The position numbers and the translations under genes are program-made. This document shows, piece after piece, positions 25,332 through 27,075 of a DNA stretch of 27,075 bases (the stretch's first letter is position 1; the number at the start of each line of letters is the position of its first letter). Source of the DNA: a virus (lineage: Duplodnaviria > Caudoviricetes); the IMG/VR virus record IMGVR_UViG_3300025131_000341, positions 1-27,075 of that record; one strand, written 5' to 3'. Under the pieces are notes generated by a model that had not been told where the DNA came from, did no database searches, and worked only from the letters and a program-made list of their open reading frames with translations.

Positions 25332-27074
25332 CTACGCTACCTCCTCTCTACTCTTCAACTGCAACAACTCCAGGCCAGCGGTAATAGCTTCCATTGAAGC
25401 CAGTGCGCGGACAGCAGCATCTTCCGGTATGTCAGAAACACCCAACTGGGCCGCTACGAGCAACTCACAAATCTTTGCCGTAGCCTCTTCCAGGACTGGT
25501 AAGTAGTCAGCGAAGATAGCGAGATTCTCCGGGGTAATGAAGTTCAAACCGAGGACGGCATCCACGGTACTCTCTTCCTGAAGGGCTGCAGCGATCTTCA
25601 ATAGGGAGTAGTCTTCTTCCGGGAAGTACGGCATGGACTGCGCCGCGGCTACTTTAGCCATCTCTTGCTGCTTCTCGTACGTTGCGATGGTTCGGTGGGT
25701 GCGTACCTGGGTGCGGCCAAACACCTGCGCTTCGGCTAGCTTGGCTTTACCAAGAACTGGTGGAACACCTGCGAGGCCCAGGAAGAAAGTAGCTTTCGGC
25801 TCACCGATGAAGGAAGCCGCGCCGCCCAATGACTGTACCGCAGGCCCATCCAGAGTGTACTCACCGCCGGAATGGGTAATGTTAAGCTCACTTCCACGCA
25901 GATTTGCACTTGCGAGTTTAACAGCGAGATCCTCGGTACCCGCCAATGAAGCTTTCTTGCCGAGGGGCATAAAGCTAACCAGGGTACGCGGGTTAGCTGC
26001 GTAGAGACCGGAGGCGAGCTTAACCACACCTGCGTCATGGGGGACTCCCTCGGTTACATGAATTTTCCCGGAAGACATTCCCGACTCGTAGTGGGCATAT
26101 GTTCCGTCCGATTCTTCGTAGAACTTGATATCGACGGGAACGGAAGCCACTGCACCAGCAGAACCTTCCTTCACGAAAAATCCTGCCCCTCGAGGCATCT
26201 CTTGCCAGGTAAGATCAGTAAGCGTGGGTGGCACATTATCGGTGGGTGTCCCGAATACTTCCTCTGCGTACGCGTAACCCGAAGCAGTTTTGACCAACAC
26301 ACCATCCACAGCGTTCCCGTCCAGGTCCCGCACATGCGTGAACACCAACGCGGGCTCCACTTGAGCTGAGGAAGTTTGGATGTTGTACGCACCGGATGTC
26401 TTCACCTTCTGGGGAGGGTTACTTTCCTCGGGAGGCATAGCCAGGTTGCGGATACGTATGCTGTACCCCTTAGCATCGGCCTCTTTGCGCAACTCCGGTG
26501 GAAGTGCTGTTTGGGCTTTGCCTGTGAGTTCCTTCGAATCCGGGAAGTACGCGCGGGTACAAGCAGACGTAAACATGTAACCGTCTGCAGTCTTCTCGAG
26601 GAGGATAGCGTCCGTGGGCAGGTTGGCCTTCACTGAAGCGGCGATGGAACTTGCGCTAGCAGACTTAGCCTTCATAAACCCAACAAGGTGCGTCCGGAAC
26701 GCATCGTTGTGCTCGATGCCGTGAAGCAATGTGGGATCCGCGGAGACTACCGCTGCAATCTTTTCCTTACGCGCAGGGGAGATAGTGCGCCCTACTACAG
26801 AACACAAGGAGGCTGCCTTTTGTATTCCCTCACCCGGAGTTTCGGGATACATACCCGAGCCCGACAGCGTGGGCGACCCAACAGCAGTGCTCCCTGCCAC
26901 AGAGAAGGTGTCGGGGGTATAGAGAATCCCATCCACGCGTCGCTGCGACAACGGGTAAAACTTCCCGTCTGCCAGGTTGATGAAGGTGCTCAAGGCCTTC
27001 AGCTTCTTCTTCTCAACAATGAATGGAATGCGTAACCCGGTCTGGGGCGTCTCCGGGACATTGGGTCCCATGTC
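25332..27074 (-). CDS. large hypothetical head-associated protein with many KxA(S/A) sites (probably 5'-truncated)
   Basis: The frame is open to the window edge; at least 579 aa. Contains KAAS, KIAA, KSAS, KTAD, KEAD, KTAS, KLAS twice, KKAS, KLAE, KVAA and KIAA, with a helical C-terminus. Confidence 0.6.
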   Translation of the reverse strand, partial: DMGPNVPETPQTGLRIPFIVEKKKLKALSTFINLADGKFYPLSQRRVDGILYTPDTFSVAGSTAVGSPTLSGSGMYPETPGEGIQKAASLCSVVGRTISPARKEKIAAVVSADPTLLHGIEHNDAFRTHLVGFMKAKSASASSIAASVKANLPTDAILLEKTADGYMFTSACTRAYFPDSKELTGKAQTALPPELRKEADAKGYSIRIRNLAMPPEESNPPQKVKTSGAYNIQTSSAQVEPALVFTHVRDLDGNAVDGVLVKTASGYAYAEEVFGTPTDNVPPTLTDLTWQEMPRGAGFFVKEGSAGAVASVPVDIKFYEESDGTYAHYESGMSSGKIHVTEGVPHDAGVVKLASGLYAANPRTLVSFMPLGKKASLAGTEDLAVKLASANLRGSELNITHSGGEYTLDGPAVQSLGGAASFIGEPKATFFLGLAGVPPVLGKAKLAEAQVFGRTQVRTHRTIATYEKQQEMAKVAAAQSMPYFPEEDYSLLKIAAALQEESTVDAVLGLNFITPENLAIFADYLPVLEEATAKICELLVAAQLGVSDIPEDAAVRALASMEAITAGLELLQLKSREEVA

Positions 27075-27075
27075 G

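Noticed and set aside
427-27035. Many long plus-strand ORFs (e.g. 1240-2163, 4103-4747, 11890-12720, 14344-15153, 22606-23184)
   Set aside because: They lie antisense to well-supported minus-strand genes, have no recognisable motifs, and are expected shadows of codon bias in GC-rich DNA.
1-27075. CRISPR array, tRNA, integrase/transposase, intron or intein, diversity-generating retroelement
   Set aside because: I saw no spaced direct repeats, cloverleaf, recombinase or reverse-transcriptase motifs. Terminase and helicase are of normal length with no intein signatures.

Overview
The window is the virion-morphogenesis region of a large myovirus-like tailed phage (or prophage). Thirty tightly packed genes lie on the minus strand, many with strong GGAGG ribosome-binding sites. 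In transcription order (high to low coordinate) they encode: a large unknown protein cut by the window edge, a possible DNA-binding protein, a glycine-rich basic protein, an SNF2 helicase, three small basic proteins, a lambda-gpA-like large terminase, four more head-associated proteins, a prohead protease with a Zn-ribbon insert, three acidic scaffold-like proteins, a decoration protein, an HK97-fold major capsid protein, neck/adaptor proteins mixed with basic proteins, a tail terminator, a 1437-aa contractile sheath, a repeat/fibre protein and a tail tube. The block ends head-on against a DUF1257-like gene on the plus strand. The most striking signal is a protein-level code. A K-x-A(S/A/G) motif recurs throughout the head-module proteins and is rare in tail proteins. 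Three otherwise unrelated small basic proteins share the N-terminal leader W-A-A-F-E-D-E-(L/I)-(E/Q)-K-L-(S/A). Several proteins are built as an acidic leader, then K-x-A, then a cationic glycine-rich amphipathic core. I infer a capsid-targeting and proteolytic-maturation system that loads a set of membrane-active or DNA-binding cargo, possibly including the SNF2 helicase, into the head. All function calls come from motifs and gene order read by eye; no database searches were run.
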